The position numbers and the translations under genes are program-made. From assembly GCA_951406725.2 (NCBI GenBank), contig OX597817.1, forward strand, positions 33,356,001-33,420,000: a DNA stretch of 64,000 nt, in the 5' to 3' direction. Positions 13,436-26,711 of the stretch are shown in pieces. Under the pieces are notes generated by a model. That model was not told where the DNA came from. It did no database searches and saw only the letters and a program-made list of their open reading frames with translations. Within the stretch, counting starts at the first letter, position 1. The number at the start of each line of letters is the position of its first letter. The DNA comes from Octopus vulgaris. Its lineage: Eukaryota.

Positions 13436-14740
13436 TACACAGAAAAGAAACACGGAGAGAAACAAGGAGAGAAAAAAAATGCATGCAGAAGCTAGCGATT
13501 CAACATGGCGATATATATTCTGTATGACAGGTAAAAGACCACTCTAAGGAAACTAGTGGTGGTCTGTGTTAGAGAAAATTATGCTGTGAATTTATGAGTT
13601 TGATTGAAAGGAATTTCACTTTTTGGGACTCTGAGAGAGAGAGAGAGCATGAAATATCTTCTTTTCTCCCATGGAATCCAAATTATACAGTCATGAATTT
13701 TACTGGAAATCCTGTATATCTTTGTCATCTAACTCTGTTCTATAAGTAGGATGCTTTAAACCAGCTATTTATGAGTCAATTTCTTCCCACTCACCACACA
13801 AAAAAAAAAAAAAAAAAAATGCAAATGAGAAGCCAGTGCTCTTGCAGGCAATTTTGACAATAATAATTACTGCAGCAGAGATTTCCTTTCGAATTATATA
13901 CCAAATAGAAATTGTTTGAATGTTCTTGATTGTCTGTTAGAGTATCACAGGATAGGACATTGTGATAATTCTGTTGCATATTATTGATTTCAATTTGATA
14001 TCTCTCTATTGCACATGTGCACACACAAACACACATGTGCACATGTGTGTAATTTTGCACATGACTAACAGAAAGTCTGTCCATAATTTCTATAAGTAGT
14101 TTATAGTCCGATGTAAATGCTTCTAACATTAGTGTTGATACGTGTATTAAAAATACTCAGATGACTAGCAACTGTTTTAAGATGTTTTAGAAAGAAGTTG
14201 CCTTTCAATAGATGAATAATTCCTTAAGTAAATATTCTGCCATGGTTTTACTATTTGCTTGACATTTGAATTTCAGGCCAACCCTTCAGAAATAACAAAT
14301 GAATTATATATTTTGTACATATATAGGGTGTCGCCAAGAACATCTCTTTTAAGTACATGTTTGTATTTTTGCTTAAGCAAGATTAAGATCCTCTCTGTTA
14401 GAAACCGAATCCCGATAGTTTTTAATTATGAGCCCAAGTCAACATTCCTCTCATTACATTTTCAATTTCCAATTGTAATTAATCACAAGGTCTTGTGCAT
14501 CAATCCATTTCAAATATTTGTTTTAATTTTGAATGGTTAGCCTTTCCTTTGTTTGATTGATTTAAGCATTGTTCAACAATGTTTGCCTCTCCTTGTTCTG
14601 GTTATAGTTCTATTTAATAAAGGTCGTCATGCATGCCACATTGTATATAAAGTTTACTTTATTACTTCTCTACTATAATGGACGATGACCTTTAGTTATT
14701 TCCCTCAGGCTTTGTTCTGTCATAGCATTTATACATTCTG

Positions 14741-14771
<31 letters not shown>

Positions 14772-14959
14772 GACGGGGACCTTTGGAAATATGCTGTGCT
14801 TGAGAAGACCCAGCAAGCCAAGTGAGACCATAACCTCTTGGCCTATGCCAGGAGTGTAACCAGCCCACTTATGCATACCTTTCCTTCATTGGACACTTAA
14901 ACTCTGCTTGTGAAGACCTGTTGAGGCAAGTGGAATCGAAATCAAAATCAAATTCGATG

Positions 14960-15407
14960 ACTGGCATCTTTGGTAGTGGAGCGCTAAGAGTATCATACAA
15001 GTGTGATCATTGCCATAGCAGCAAACAGGCTTCCGTGCCGGTGGCATGTAAAAAGCACCATTCGAGCATGATTGTTACCAGCATCGCCTTACTGGCACTT
15101 GTGCTAGTGGCACATGAAAAAACATTCGAGTGAGGCCCAGTGCCGCTGGGCTGGCTCCTGTGCAGGTGGCATGTAAAAAACACTATTTGAGCATGGCTGT
15201 TGCCAGTACTGCATGACTGGCCCTCGTGCCGGTGGCATGTAAAAGCACCCACTACACTCTCGGAGTGGTTGGCATTAGGTAGGAAATCCAGCTGTAGAAA
15301 CTCTGCCAGATCAGATTGGAGCCTGGTGCAACCATCTGGTTTGCCGGTCCTCAGTCAAATCATCCAACCCAAGCTAGCATGGAAAGCCGACATTAAACAA
15401 TGATGAT
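14960..15407 (+). mobile_element. SINE with internal GTGGCA(C/T)GTAAAAAGCACC repeats and (GAT)n tail
   Basis: Homologous to 16990-17430 (-), 20915-21188, 32395-32720 and 58020-58330. Confidence 0.8.
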
Positions 15408-16045
15408 ATATACATACACATACTCTTCTATCTCCATTGATCTATCAATATGTAAATGACTGTTTCACTGAAGAGGTTGAATATGACTAAAAGATATCCA
15501 GAGTTGTCACCATGTCTGCTATAGGTCAAACTATGCTTCTCCTACTATTACCAACATTGATTAAAATATTGGCATCAATTAGTTTTTAATTTTTTTCCCT
15601 TGCTTTAGTTATTTCTCTTAGCTTTGTCTGGTTGATTTCCTCAATTTCTTTTACAGCTTAATATGAGTTTAGTTTTGATTAATTAAAGTGATCATGTTCA
15701 CCTCATTAAGCATTTACTTCATTAATTAGCTTTCTCCTTCTCCCCAGATTACAGAAAAAAAATAAATACTAGTAGTACACATGGATACATTGCTTAATTT
15801 ATTTGGAATCTCAATGAATATACTTGTGTCAACTGAATAAAAGAAATCTACTAGCGATGGTTGAATAAAATAAACAGTTAGATGTTAATTTAACTATGAT
15901 ATTCAAAAATATGATGAGTGCCAGAGTCTTTGATATAGAATCTTGTTAAACTGGGTTTCAGGTCTTGGGGCTTGGATTAGCTATTTCTCTTCATTTTCTG
16001 TGCTAGTGTTCATGAAGGAAGTAAGAGTTACAACTCTAATTTCCA

Positions 16046-16275
16046 TTGTGTCTGGGAAAAGTCATTTTCTTTTTGTGCCTTATAATGTAACACACTCACC
16101 AGTAAAATTTCCACTTATTTCTTATTTTTATTTTCCTAAAATTTTCCTTGACTCAAAAGGTTGCAAGATGCAATGAAAATTTTAGGAAAATAAAAATGAG
16201 AAATAAGTGGAAATTTTACCGGTGAGTGTGTTACATTATAAGGCACAAAAAGAAAATGACTCTCCCCAGACACAA
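16046..16275. repeat. Foldback / MITE-like inverted repeat, ~100-bp arms, 28-bp spacer
   Basis: 16046-16146 is the reverse complement of 16175-16275 with few mismatches. The same peptide appears in opposite-strand ORFs. Confidence 0.9.
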
Positions 16276-16989
16276 CAGAAAATGCTTCAATGCACAAACT
16301 CATATAAAGAACCTTGCAAACCAAATCCCAAAACGAAATCTAATTTCCATTTTTGCCCGAAAATCTTGACTCTCAGGACCATCAAGAGACAGCATTGATA
16401 ATCTCTATTGTTACATTTCAAGGAAACTTAGAGAGAGAAAGATCCTATGAGTGATAGAAATATCTCAACCTGTTAGAAATATTAGCCACATCTCTCTTAA
16501 ATCATAACCTACCATCTTTTGAAAAAGATTGAATGTTAAATAATGTTGACTGAGATACCTCCAGAAAGAGAAAATGGTTCAGCTGAAATATTTGGCCATG
16601 GTTGTGGTTGCTTTAGGATTGATCTGGGGCTTAAGAACAATTTGCTCGGATGCCATGCAAACATCTACTATAGTTCTGGGCTGACCAAAAGCCTTGTGAG
16701 TGGATTTGGTAAATGGAAACTGAAAGAAGCCTATTGTGTATGTGAGGGTGTGTAGGGATTTCCACTTGTTTTAATGTCACAGGATGGTTGTAAACAATCA
16801 TCATTTGTTTCTGATCTTCCATTAATAAAACATGTCTATCTATGGGGAAATATTATTTTACCTGGAAACAGGTGAGGGTTGACAAGAAAAGCACACAGCT
16901 ATAGAAAATCTTCCCCAACAAATTCTGCCTGACCATTTATAAGCATGAAAAAGTGAATTTGAAGCAATAGGGGTGATTATTCCAGAATC

Positions 16990-17430
16990 ATTATCATCAT
17001 CATCATTTTACGTCCGCTTTCCATGCTAGCATGGGTTGGACGATTTGACTCAGGACTGGCGAATCAGATGGCTGCATCAGGCTCCAATTTAACCTGGCAG
17101 AGTTTCTACAGCTGGATGCACTTCCTAACACCAACCACTCTGAGAGTGTAGTGGGTGTTTTTATGTGCCACTGGCACAAGGGCCAGTCAGGTAGTACTGG
17201 CAATGGCCATGCTCAAATGGTGCTTTTTACATGCCACTTGCACAGGAGCCATTCCAGTGGCACTGGCAATGACCTCGCTCAAATGTTTTTTCATGTGCCA
17301 CCAGCACAAGTACCAGTAAGGCGACGCAGGTAACGATCACACCCGAATGGTGCTTTTTATGTGCCACTGGCACAGAAGCCAGTTTGTTGTTCTGGCAATG
17401 ATCATGCTTGGATGGTGCTTTTAGATGCTC
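16990..17430 (-). mobile_element. SINE, inverted relative to 14960-15407
   Basis: Reverse-complement homology and (CAT)n tail at ~16990. Confidence 0.8.
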
Positions 17431-17680
17431 GGATGCAGATAAGAATGAATTGATAAACAATAATATATTAAAATAGAACTTTTAGTTAGTGAGAATGATG
17501 ATTTGCATTAATCAAAATGTAAATGAGACTAAATTTAGTATACATACATATATATATATATATATCTCACATGACCGATCAGACCATCAGATGGTACATA
17601 TATATGTATTTAATAATATGTGTACCATTGGCGATTTTTTTCCCTCTATCTTCCCTTCTTTGGATCTTTCCTTTTCCTAT

Positions 17681-17714
17681 GTTTCTGATGAAAACTCCGC
17701 TCGAAACGTTAAAC
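17681..17714 (+). ncRNA. Minimal hammerhead ribozyme-like motif in Penelope-like fragment (~17565-17810)
   Basis: GTTT-CTGATGA-AAACTCCGCTC-GAAA-CG-TT-AAAC. Intact core, stem I GTTT/AAAC, palindromic AACGTT; stem II is eroded. Confidence 0.55.
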
Positions 17715-18167
17715 CCTCCTTCTTTCCTGAGCATTCAATAATACTATGCTTGTTCCACGTCCTCATGTTGTTGTGTTTTCTCTTTGTGTTTACATGTTTG
17801 GATTGACTTTATATTTACTAATAGTTTTATGGCTCTCTATGAATTAATCCTCCACCTCACCTGATGTAAAAACAAACAAAAAATTAAAATATCAAGTCTC
17901 GTTATTTTATAATAATTTATTTCCAGCAGTTCTTTATACAAAAGACCAAAACAGGCCAATTTAAACATGTGAAATGTCTTTCATGAACTAAATATTTACA
18001 TCCACCCTCACCCACCTCATCTTTTAATTATTAACTTGATGGCATTGTTTTTCTTCAAATTTTATTTCAATTTGTATAATTTCTTTTATCTTTATATATT
18101 CCTTACCTTTGAATAGTTTTCACCTTTTACTATTATTCATAATTGTAAGCCTGGTTATTTCTGTCCA

Positions 18168-18340
18168 TCTCTGTCTACCTCTCTCTCTCTTTCTGCTTTT
18201 GTCATTCTCTATCTGTCTGCCCCCCTCTCTCTCCCCCTCTCTCCCTCTTTCTCTCTCCCTCTTTCTCTTTCTCTCCCTCTTTCTCTCTCTCTTCCTCTCT
18301 CCCCCTCTCCCCCTCTCCCCCCCCCTCTCTCTCTCTCTCT
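18168..18340. repeat. Polypyrimidine (CT/C-rich) low-complexity tract
   Basis: Nearly pure C/T run. A second such tract lies at ~19040-19290. Confidence 0.9.
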
Positions 18341-18715
18341 ATTTCTGTGATACACAATCCCTATTGATTGGTCCCAATTTTTTTTCTTTTCACAATCCCT
18401 TCTGATTGGAATTCTGGAATTCGACATCCTCTTTTTTCTTCCCAAAAAGAAAAGCTCTACTTTGTATTTTGTCCCTTCTGTGTTCAGCCCTGCGTGTCCA
18501 ATAAAGAAATCTATCTGTCTATCTATACACACACACACACATATAATGAATATGTATATATATATTTGTATCTTGGCACTTTGTCCCATAAAGACTATCT
18601 ATACAAATACCAGTTTCTAAGTTCTTTGTATGAAAGAGAAAGAAAGAAAAAAACTGTTGAATGAATTTTTTCAATAAAACGAAATTGTTTGCCAGTTTTA
18701 AAACTATTCTGTGAG

Positions 18716-18984
18716 TAGGCGCAGGAGTGGCTGTGTGGTAAGTAGCTTGCTAACCAACCACACGGTTGCGGGTTCAGTCCCACTGTGTGGCATCTTGGGC
18801 AAGTGTCTTCTGCTATAGCCCCGGGCCGACCAATGCCTTGTGTGCTTGACAATCGATGCTGGTGTGTTTACGTCCCCGTCACTTAGCGGTTTGGCAAAAA
18901 GAGACCGATAGAATAAGTACTAAAAGGTGGTGCTCCAGCATGGCCGCAGTCAAATGACTGAAACAAGTAAAAGAGTAAAGAGAG
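18716..18984 (+). mobile_element. Internally deleted SINE
   Basis: Head and tail match 3706-4390; the central region is missing. Confidence 0.8.
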
Positions 18985-20853
18985 GTGGAATAAAAATTGG
19001 ACTAACATTATTCTAGATTGTACACCAATGTGGAGTGACTTTCTTTTTCTTTCTCTTTTTTTTCTTTCTTCTTTCATTCCTTTTTCCACTGTTTTTTTTT
19101 GTTCTTTCTTTTCATTTTGTTCTGCATATTCTTTTCTTTATTGCATTCTTTTTCCCCCTCTTTTCTCTTTCCTTTTATATTTGTACATTCTAATTTGTGT
19201 TCTCTTTTCTTGCTTTTTCTTTTTTTCTTACCTCTCTTTTTCCCTGTTTTTCTTTTCTCTCTCTCTCTGTCTCTCCCTCCCCCTCTCTCTATATATTATA
19301 TGGTCAAAAACAAACTAATCAATTTGCTTTAATGCCACTTAACTATATTAAATTTGCAAAACCAGAGATGACAAATACATCTAGACAAAGTAAAAGCATG
19401 TTGTAAATATTTGTTACTGACAAATCACAGCAAAGTCTAATTTTGATTCATATGTCATATTATCAATATGTACAAAACCCCTCCCCACCTCTGTTCTCAC
19501 TGGGCAAGACAAAATCTTGAAAGTTCATTTAATGTTAAATTGAAGTATCTCATAATAAACTTAACCAGTATTTGATATCTTTGCCTAACTCTGTGTTAGA
19601 CGTATAGTGAAAGGCATTCTAGACATTTTGCCTTTCATTTAGGCAAAGTGCATCCAGAAGTACCTTCTCGTGTCCTATTTTTTTAAAGTTCAAAGGGATT
19701 TGAATGTGATTTCTTGCAGACCTAACTTCCATACTGAGGGTCTCCAATATGCCTAATAAATCCCAGGCAAAGCATTAAGCTATTCTGACTGGTGAAGCTC
19801 CAATATAGGAATATAGGGGAGTATGGAGTCGGAACTTAATCCCCACTTTCTCCAGGTCCACTCTGGCCCAGTGCTGTAGTATCTGTCCAGATTCCCAGCA
19901 AATGAGTCAAATAGTAGATGGTCCTGTGGCTAAGATTTACAGGACAGCTGGCCCCTTGATATATGTTAATTGGCCATTTGGTTTTTGACATATCTAGGGG
20001 CCAGCCCTCTTCTGTGTATATGCTCACCCTTGTCCTGTCTGAAAAAAAACAAACAAAAAAAAACTGATGGTGTTCTGACAACATTTCAAAGAATAAATCT
20101 TATAGATTGGGTTAAATTAGCTTGCAGCCTAAAATTATTTTTCTTCTATAGGAACAAAGCCAGGTAGTTTAAGTTGGGAATATCTACTCTAGTATTTGAT
20201 TAATACTCATTTTATTGACCCAGAAGGGCAAATAGCAAAGTTTACCTCTTTGACATTTGAACTCAAACTTTGAAGGGATACAGAACAGGTTGAAACTTTT
20301 TTCTATGATACAAAACTGGATGTGTTTAGAAGATGAATACGAAATTAAATGTAAGTTTTTCTAAAAAGAATGGATGGATACAACACTGAAATAGAGAATA
20401 TTAATGTTATATCATTTAATGTTATAATTCTGTTGTGGTGAGACTCATGGCACCCCCTGCAAGAATACGTGACCGAACGACTATAAATAGTAGCGGTCTG
20501 AGTGAGAGACAGAGCAAGTAGGTGTTAATTGCAGAGAGTTGTAAGGTGTTGTTTTGGTAGTTTGTCGGAATATCATTTGCTGGTTCATGTATAGCTTGTT
20601 GGATCATATTGTTGTTACCCTGCTTAGTTATATATTTTATTGTTACTACACAGTTATAGTCTAAACAGGTATCATCATAAATAGTTGGCAACAAGTAATG
20701 ACATTACAATAAATTCCAAACAGAAATTGTTTGTCTTCTATTGAATGTTTGTATTTCAATTCGTTTTGCTGCATGTTTGGTTTGACTTTTGAAAATCATA
20801 ATATTGTGAAGTGGTGACATGACATTTTCCACTCTGTGTGTGTGTACATATGT

Positions 20854-20903
<50 letters not shown>

Positions 20904-21188
20904 GTATATACAGGCAGTCAGTGCTGCCTGACTGGCACCCATGCTGGTGGCATGTAAAATGCACCATTCAAGTGTGGCCAATGCTAGTGCCACCTGACTG
21001 GCTCCCGTGTCAGTGAAATGTAAAAGCACCCACTACACTCTCGGAATAGTTAGCACTTGGAAGGGCATCCAGCTGTAGAAACCTCACCAAATCAGATTGG
21101 AGCCTGGTGCAGCTTCTCAGCTTGCCAGTTCTCAGTCAAACCGTGAAACCCATGCCAGCATGGAAAGTGGATGTTAAACGATGTTGAT

Positions 21189-22473
21189 GAGTACCATGAA
21201 AAAGTCTTCAGCCACTTTAAACTATTGTAAATTTCTACTAACTGCCAACTTATAAGTGGATGTTTCGCATTGTTTTTTACAGGTGAGATATTGACCCTGT
21301 TTGGGTCATTATATTTTGTAGTAGGGGTTCTGAATGAGTGGGGAAGATGGGAGACGACCATCAAAAATGGCCTTGTAAAAGTTTTCAGCCACTTCACAGT
21401 CAAGACAGTGTTTTAAAACAGAAGAATGTCTATAATGAAAATTTACTACATAATGTTCATTTCAAGAAGTTACTGTACATTGTTGATATTTCATGTGGCT
21501 TCCCTTAGCTTGAATAATTGCTTCAATCCACCTGGGAAGAGATGCATACAGATTCTTCACCATCTTCACAAGTATGAGATGCCATTCTCTGAGGCTGAGC
21601 TCCCACAACTCTTCAAGATTGCATGGATTCTTCTGATAAACTCTTCTCTTTATCATTTGCTCAATGATATTTAAGTTAGGGCTCTGATATGGCCAATCTT
21701 TCAATATGGTATGTGGTATTGCATGTCATCTGTGACATGGAGCTCCGTCATGCTGAAAAATCTCACCTTCATCCAAGTCTGGTATCAAATTGTCCTTCAG
21801 CCACTGGATGTATTTAGCACTATTCAAGTTGCCATCAATTTCAACCAGCTTTCTTGAACCATTACTTTTTATGTATCTCCAAAGCATCAAACTCTTACCC
21901 CCAAACTTCATTGATTTCATTGTGTAACATGGGTCATTTCATTTTCCTGGAGGCCTTCTGACAAATTTTCACTTATTAGGTGACACAAGGAGTTCGTCAG
22001 AAGAATTTACACAATCTTTAAGAATTGTGGGAGCTCAGTCTCAGAGAATGGCATCTCATACCTGTGAAGATGGTGAAGGATTTGTATGCATCGCTTCCCA
22101 GGCATATTGAAGCAATTATTTAAGCTAAGGTTAAATCACCACACGAAATATTAACAATGTACAATAACTTCTTGAAATGAGCGTTATGTAATAAATTTTC
22201 ATTATAGACATTTTTGTTTTAAAACACTGTATCTTGATTGGTTTATGTGAGGTGGCCAAAAAGTTTTGTGTGGCCATTTTTGGTGGTCATCTTGCATTTT
22301 CCCCTCTCATTCAGAACCCCCATTACAAAATATAATGATTAGGTATGGAAATTACTCTAACAGGGCTAATGTTTCATCTGTAAAAAATGCAATGTGAAAC
22401 GTCCGCTAATAAGTTGGCAGTTGGATGAAATTTACAATAGTTTAAAATGGCTGAAGACTTTGGCACGGTACTG
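21189..22473 (-). mobile_element. Tc1-like (DD34E-type) transposon remnant with long inverted arms
   Basis: Transposase pieces on the minus strand: FGGKSLMLW, IDGNLNSAKY, IFQHDGAPCH and DWPYQSPNLNIIE. Right end ...GGTACTG-TA. 21189-~21643 is an inverted homolog of ~21990-22473. Confidence 0.85.
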
Positions 22474-22522
<49 letters not shown>

Positions 22523-22612
22523 AAATCAAATAATCAAACATTACCAATAACAAAACAACAAGAGGACATGTACATGGAATGTATTCATTTGATGCTCTGT
22601 AAAAAGGGAGGG

Positions 22613-22649
22613 CTTTTGAGGTTTCGGGCACAGATCTTCATCAGAAAAG
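22613..22649 (-). ncRNA. Minimal hammerhead ribozyme-like motif (degenerate stem II)
   Basis: Minus strand reads CTTTT-CTGATGA-AGATCTGTGCCC-GAAA-CC-TC-AAAAG. 5-bp stem I and intact core, in a fragment adjoining (TA)n. Confidence 0.5.
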
Positions 22650-23183
22650 TTCAGAAAAGGAAAAGTATCACCAACAGCATGTGTATAGCTACATAAAGAA
22701 AATATGGACAATGTAACATAAATATGTAATAAAAAACGTCATGCATCCATGATGATGCACCTGAGACAAATCATGAGCATTCCATAGAACTACATGGTCA
22801 GAAACACTCATTCTAGAGAAAGCCTAACTTCTTAGAATGGAAGAGATATTAGTGTAGCAAAACCTCTGCTGATTTAGGTTTGTCCAAAGATTGGAAGAAA
22901 CCTGGTTACTTAGACAAATTCTCTTTTCACAGTTGTCTGATGTGCATATGTGTATAAGGTGATGAATTGGCAGTTGTTTGGAACAAAAGTATTGTAGGAA
23001 AAGAAAAAAAATTGCCCAGGCTTGCATATATGTAGATGAAAGGTTAGCCTTGATGAACAGAGACCACACCATTTTGTGTGTATATATGTGTGTATGTATT
23101 TGGATACATGTAATTATTTCATCTTATTTTCTTTATTACAGGATTGAATAGATGAACAGTTAATATCAACTGGAGCAGTAACT

Positions 23184-23471
23184 ATGGCTAACTCCACACC
23201 AAGCACTAATGGTGCTACCAACCCCTATTGTATAAAATCAGACAGCAATGGATCCTGTTCAGGCCTGATTTTACCAATTCTTAATGAAGATGCCTGGCCT
23301 TTAGGGTTCCGTGCATTTGTATACTTGCTAGGATTACTTTGGTGCTTCTTGGGTGTATCGATTATTGCTGATACATTTATGTGTTCCATTGAACGCATTA
23401 CAAGTAAAACCCGTAAGATCAGAGTGGCCGACAGCAGCAAACCGAATGGATTTCATGAAGTTGAAGTGAAG
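23184..23471 (+). CDS. Na+/Ca2+ exchanger (NCX/SLC8-like), first coding exon (exon likely starts at 23142)
   Basis: MANST...SGLILP...RAFVYLLGLLWCFLGVSIIADTFMCSIERITSKTRKI...EVEVK matches the NCX TM1 region. Acceptor ttattacAG at 23140-41, actATGG start context, donor AAG|GTAATT, phase 0. Confidence 0.93.
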
Positions 23472-23595
23472 GTAATTTATACAAATTTTTTATATTTTGT
23501 TTTTGTACCAAAAAAACTCGATGCACTTCATCATACATATAAAGGACCATCATAGTATGCTTATAAATTTAATTTTATTATTAAAACATTTATTA

Positions 23596-24028
23596 TACTC
23601 TTTTACTCTCTTTTACTTGTTTCAGTCATTTGACTGCAGCCATGCTGGAGCACCGCCTTTAGTCGAGCAAATCGACCCCGAGACTTATTCTTTGTAAGCC
23701 CAGTACTTATTCTATCGGTCTCTTTTGTCGAACCGCTAAGTGACGGGGACGTAAACACACCAGCATCGGTTGTCAAGCAATGCTAGGGGGACAAACACAG
23801 ACACACAAACATATACACACACACTTATATATATATATATATATATATATAAATACATATATACGACAGGCTTCTTTCAGTTTCCGTCTACCAAATCCAC
23901 TCACAAGGCATTGGTCAGCCCGGGGCTATAGCAGAAGACACTTGCCCAAGATGCCATGCAGTGGGACTGAACCCGGAACCATGTGGTTGGTTAGCAAGCT
24001 ACTTACCACACAGCCACTCCTGCGCCTA
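23596..24028 (-). mobile_element. SINE, full length, intronic
   Basis: Same family as 5191-5595. Confidence 0.85.
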
Positions 24029-24071
24029 TGGTTAAATTATGGTTAAATCTCTTGATTATTTTTTTTAAATA

Positions 24072-24610
24072 TTGGGTTGTCTGAAAAGTTCGTGCTGATT
24101 TTTAAAGGAAAGAAAAAGGTCAATAAATACTTGCCATTACATTTTTAATCAACCAAATATGAACCATTTTGTTGCACAATGCGTCTCCATCTTTCCTTTA
24201 ACTTGAAAATACCCTCTTCCCAGAATTGAGGTGGTTTCATGGCAAAGATCCAAGGAATTGAAATTTTACCATTAAGACTATTCTGCAGAGATCTGAATAA
24301 GTGGAAATCCAAAGGAGCAATATCTGGTGAATATGGAGGGTTGGGTAACACATCCCAGCCGAGCTGCAGCAATTTTTGTCTGGTTCTCAAAACATCAAGT
24401 GCCGAAAATGAACTTTCTTATCTTCTATTTTAAAGGGTTACAGAATTTACACAGTTTATAGGAACATAAACCTTCTTCCACAAAAAGATAGCTTATACTG
24501 TGCTCTAAATGGAGGTGTAGTCAAATCCTGTTTTATGGACTCAACCATGTTCTAAAATAAATCGAAAGGTAAGCTACTATAAATCGGCACAAATTTTCAG
24601 GACAACCCAA
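24072..24610 (-). mobile_element. Internally deleted mariner, same family as 53716-54999
   Basis: TIRs TTGGGTTGTC...GACAACCCAA with TA on both sides. Retains PPYSPDIAPLDFHLFRSLQN. Confidence 0.9.
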
Positions 24611-25448
24611 TATTATTATCTGATAGCAAGAAGAGAATGTGGAACATTTCTGTGACCTTTTCAGACTTTCTCAGTTTTGAAGGCATATTTATGTTCAATG
24701 TTTGTAGTTGGATGCATGTAGGAAACAAATGGATGAAGAAACAGTTCCAGATGGTTAGCATTCTGGGAAAGAAGGTCTGAACAAAATTGTTCCTCCTGAG
24801 ACTAGTATTTCCATTATTGAAGGATGTCATTCAGGCTTTTATTCATCAAAGTATAAAAAAATCTGGCATGAGATTTATAAGTTGAGTTTGGATGCTGCCA
24901 ATTTGCAAAAGTTTACATATCTATGTGTGCATGGTTATATGTAACAGAAAAAAGATTGTAGTATTTCAGGAAATATGTGGTAGATGTAATGGAACCCTGA
25001 AATATACCAAAATACACCAGAATGAAAAAATGTCCTTGACAGATAGTGCAGTGGGGCACCCTGTAAAGAATCTTCTTATCCAAGAAATGTGAGATGGTTG
25101 GAACCAAAAGATTGGCAACCTAGTTAGGAGATTGTCATGCAAGACATGGACAAATACTTTAACAACCTTGCTTTTGCTAAAGTTTGCAAGGATGAGAGAT
25201 CAATGATGTAGGAGAGCAAGTCCTTGCTAGAGTCCACTCTACAGAACCCATACTGGTGGTCTCTAGGTAAGGTAGAAGACTCAAGGTGGTTATAAAAATG
25301 GTTGCTTAAGCTAACCCCATCATTAAGATGTTGGAAGTTAAGACAGTGGATTAGTAGCTGATTGGGTCAGACATTGGTCTTCAATGACAAATGAGCAGGC
25401 ACACTGTTGTATGTTTTCATATGCTGGGGTATATTCCTTTGGAAAGAG

Positions 25449-25479
<31 letters not shown>

Positions 25480-26711
25480 TCATAGGGTTTGAAGTTGAAC
25501 CTGTCAGAACTGTTTAGCTCTAGGTCAACCCTAATTCAGCAGACCTATGACTTGTCTTGATCATCTCACTTAATTTCAGCTAGATGTCTGAAGATGTCTG
25601 ATGTAACCTCTCTTTGTAAAAATAATTGAGTGTGATTTGAGGGAAATTTGACTAACTCATCATGTATGAGATAAGAGGAGAAATTTAACTTATAACAGGA
25701 TTTTCAAATGAAACTGCAAACTTAATAATATGTGGTTAAAATAGCCAAGTGAATTAAGTATTGGACTTTTAACTTACAGATTATGTGTTCAGATCTAATG
25801 AAGATGTCTGATGATTTTTTTTTCTTTCTTTAGTAAGGGGAGTGAAGTAGAAATTTTATTCTATACTTTGTCAGGTCATTCATCTGTTGGTAGCAGTTAC
25901 CAAATATTTATGAGCCGCTCATTATAAGCAGTAAAAAATGTTTCTCCCTTTATTGTAATGTAGTTGTGAAATAAGGATCGATTTTTTAATGCTCCTGCTC
26001 TTTAGATCAGTGAGTGACTTCTCTCTCTATATATATATAGTGTGTGTGTGTGTAACTAAGTAAACTGTGTTTGGGAAGGTGTTTTCAATATGGGCATAAC
26101 ACAATGTTAGTGATAGGGTAAGATATGGTAATTGTTTATAATACAGTTTATTAATGATATAGGTCCATTAATTGATTTTGAATTGTCAGTGTTATGATTA
26201 CTGTATGATACTTGCCTTGTATAACCTGGTTGACACCAACACCACATTTTTGTTTGTACTTTTTTCGCTTTTGGCAGAGGGTGAAGTGTTATTCTATAAA
26301 GGGTAGGAATTATATATATATTCTTTTTAGGGTTTTCTTGTCTATGTGACTGAAAAGTTCCATAAGTTGCAGTTTTGAGGAAGGACAGAAGTAAAAAAGT
26401 ATTTCATGCAGAGTTTGAGTAATGAAGCAGTGAAATTGATGTAAAATGGGAAAGAATGATGTGAGTGGTGATTTTTAGGTGGGAGTAGGTTTAGAATTGT
26501 TGAGTTCAGAGAGCATGGTCTTAATTAGATTGATGTCAGAGATCAACAGGAAATATTTGTATAAACAATTCTAAAATATATAACATAGAAAAGTAATCTC
26601 AATTTTCTATCACATTACTATCAATGTTCCTAACCCTGTAACTCAATAACCTTTCATTTACCCTTTTAACAATAGAAATTGAAATTTATTTAATTTTTTA
26701 TTTTCATTTAG

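Noticed and set aside
15030-15260. Regularly spaced GTGGCATGTAAAAAGCAC repeats resembling a CRISPR array
   Set aside because: Internal repeats of a eukaryotic SINE. The spacers are mutually similar and recur in other copies, and there are no cas genes.
1-23141. Promoter or upstream exons of the NCX gene
   Set aside because: No CpG-rich region or well-supported exon could be identified by eye.
23472-23555. ORF-track extension of the NCX ORFs past splice donors (also 27139-27155)
   Set aside because: Intron read-through. Homology continues in the next exon after canonical donors.
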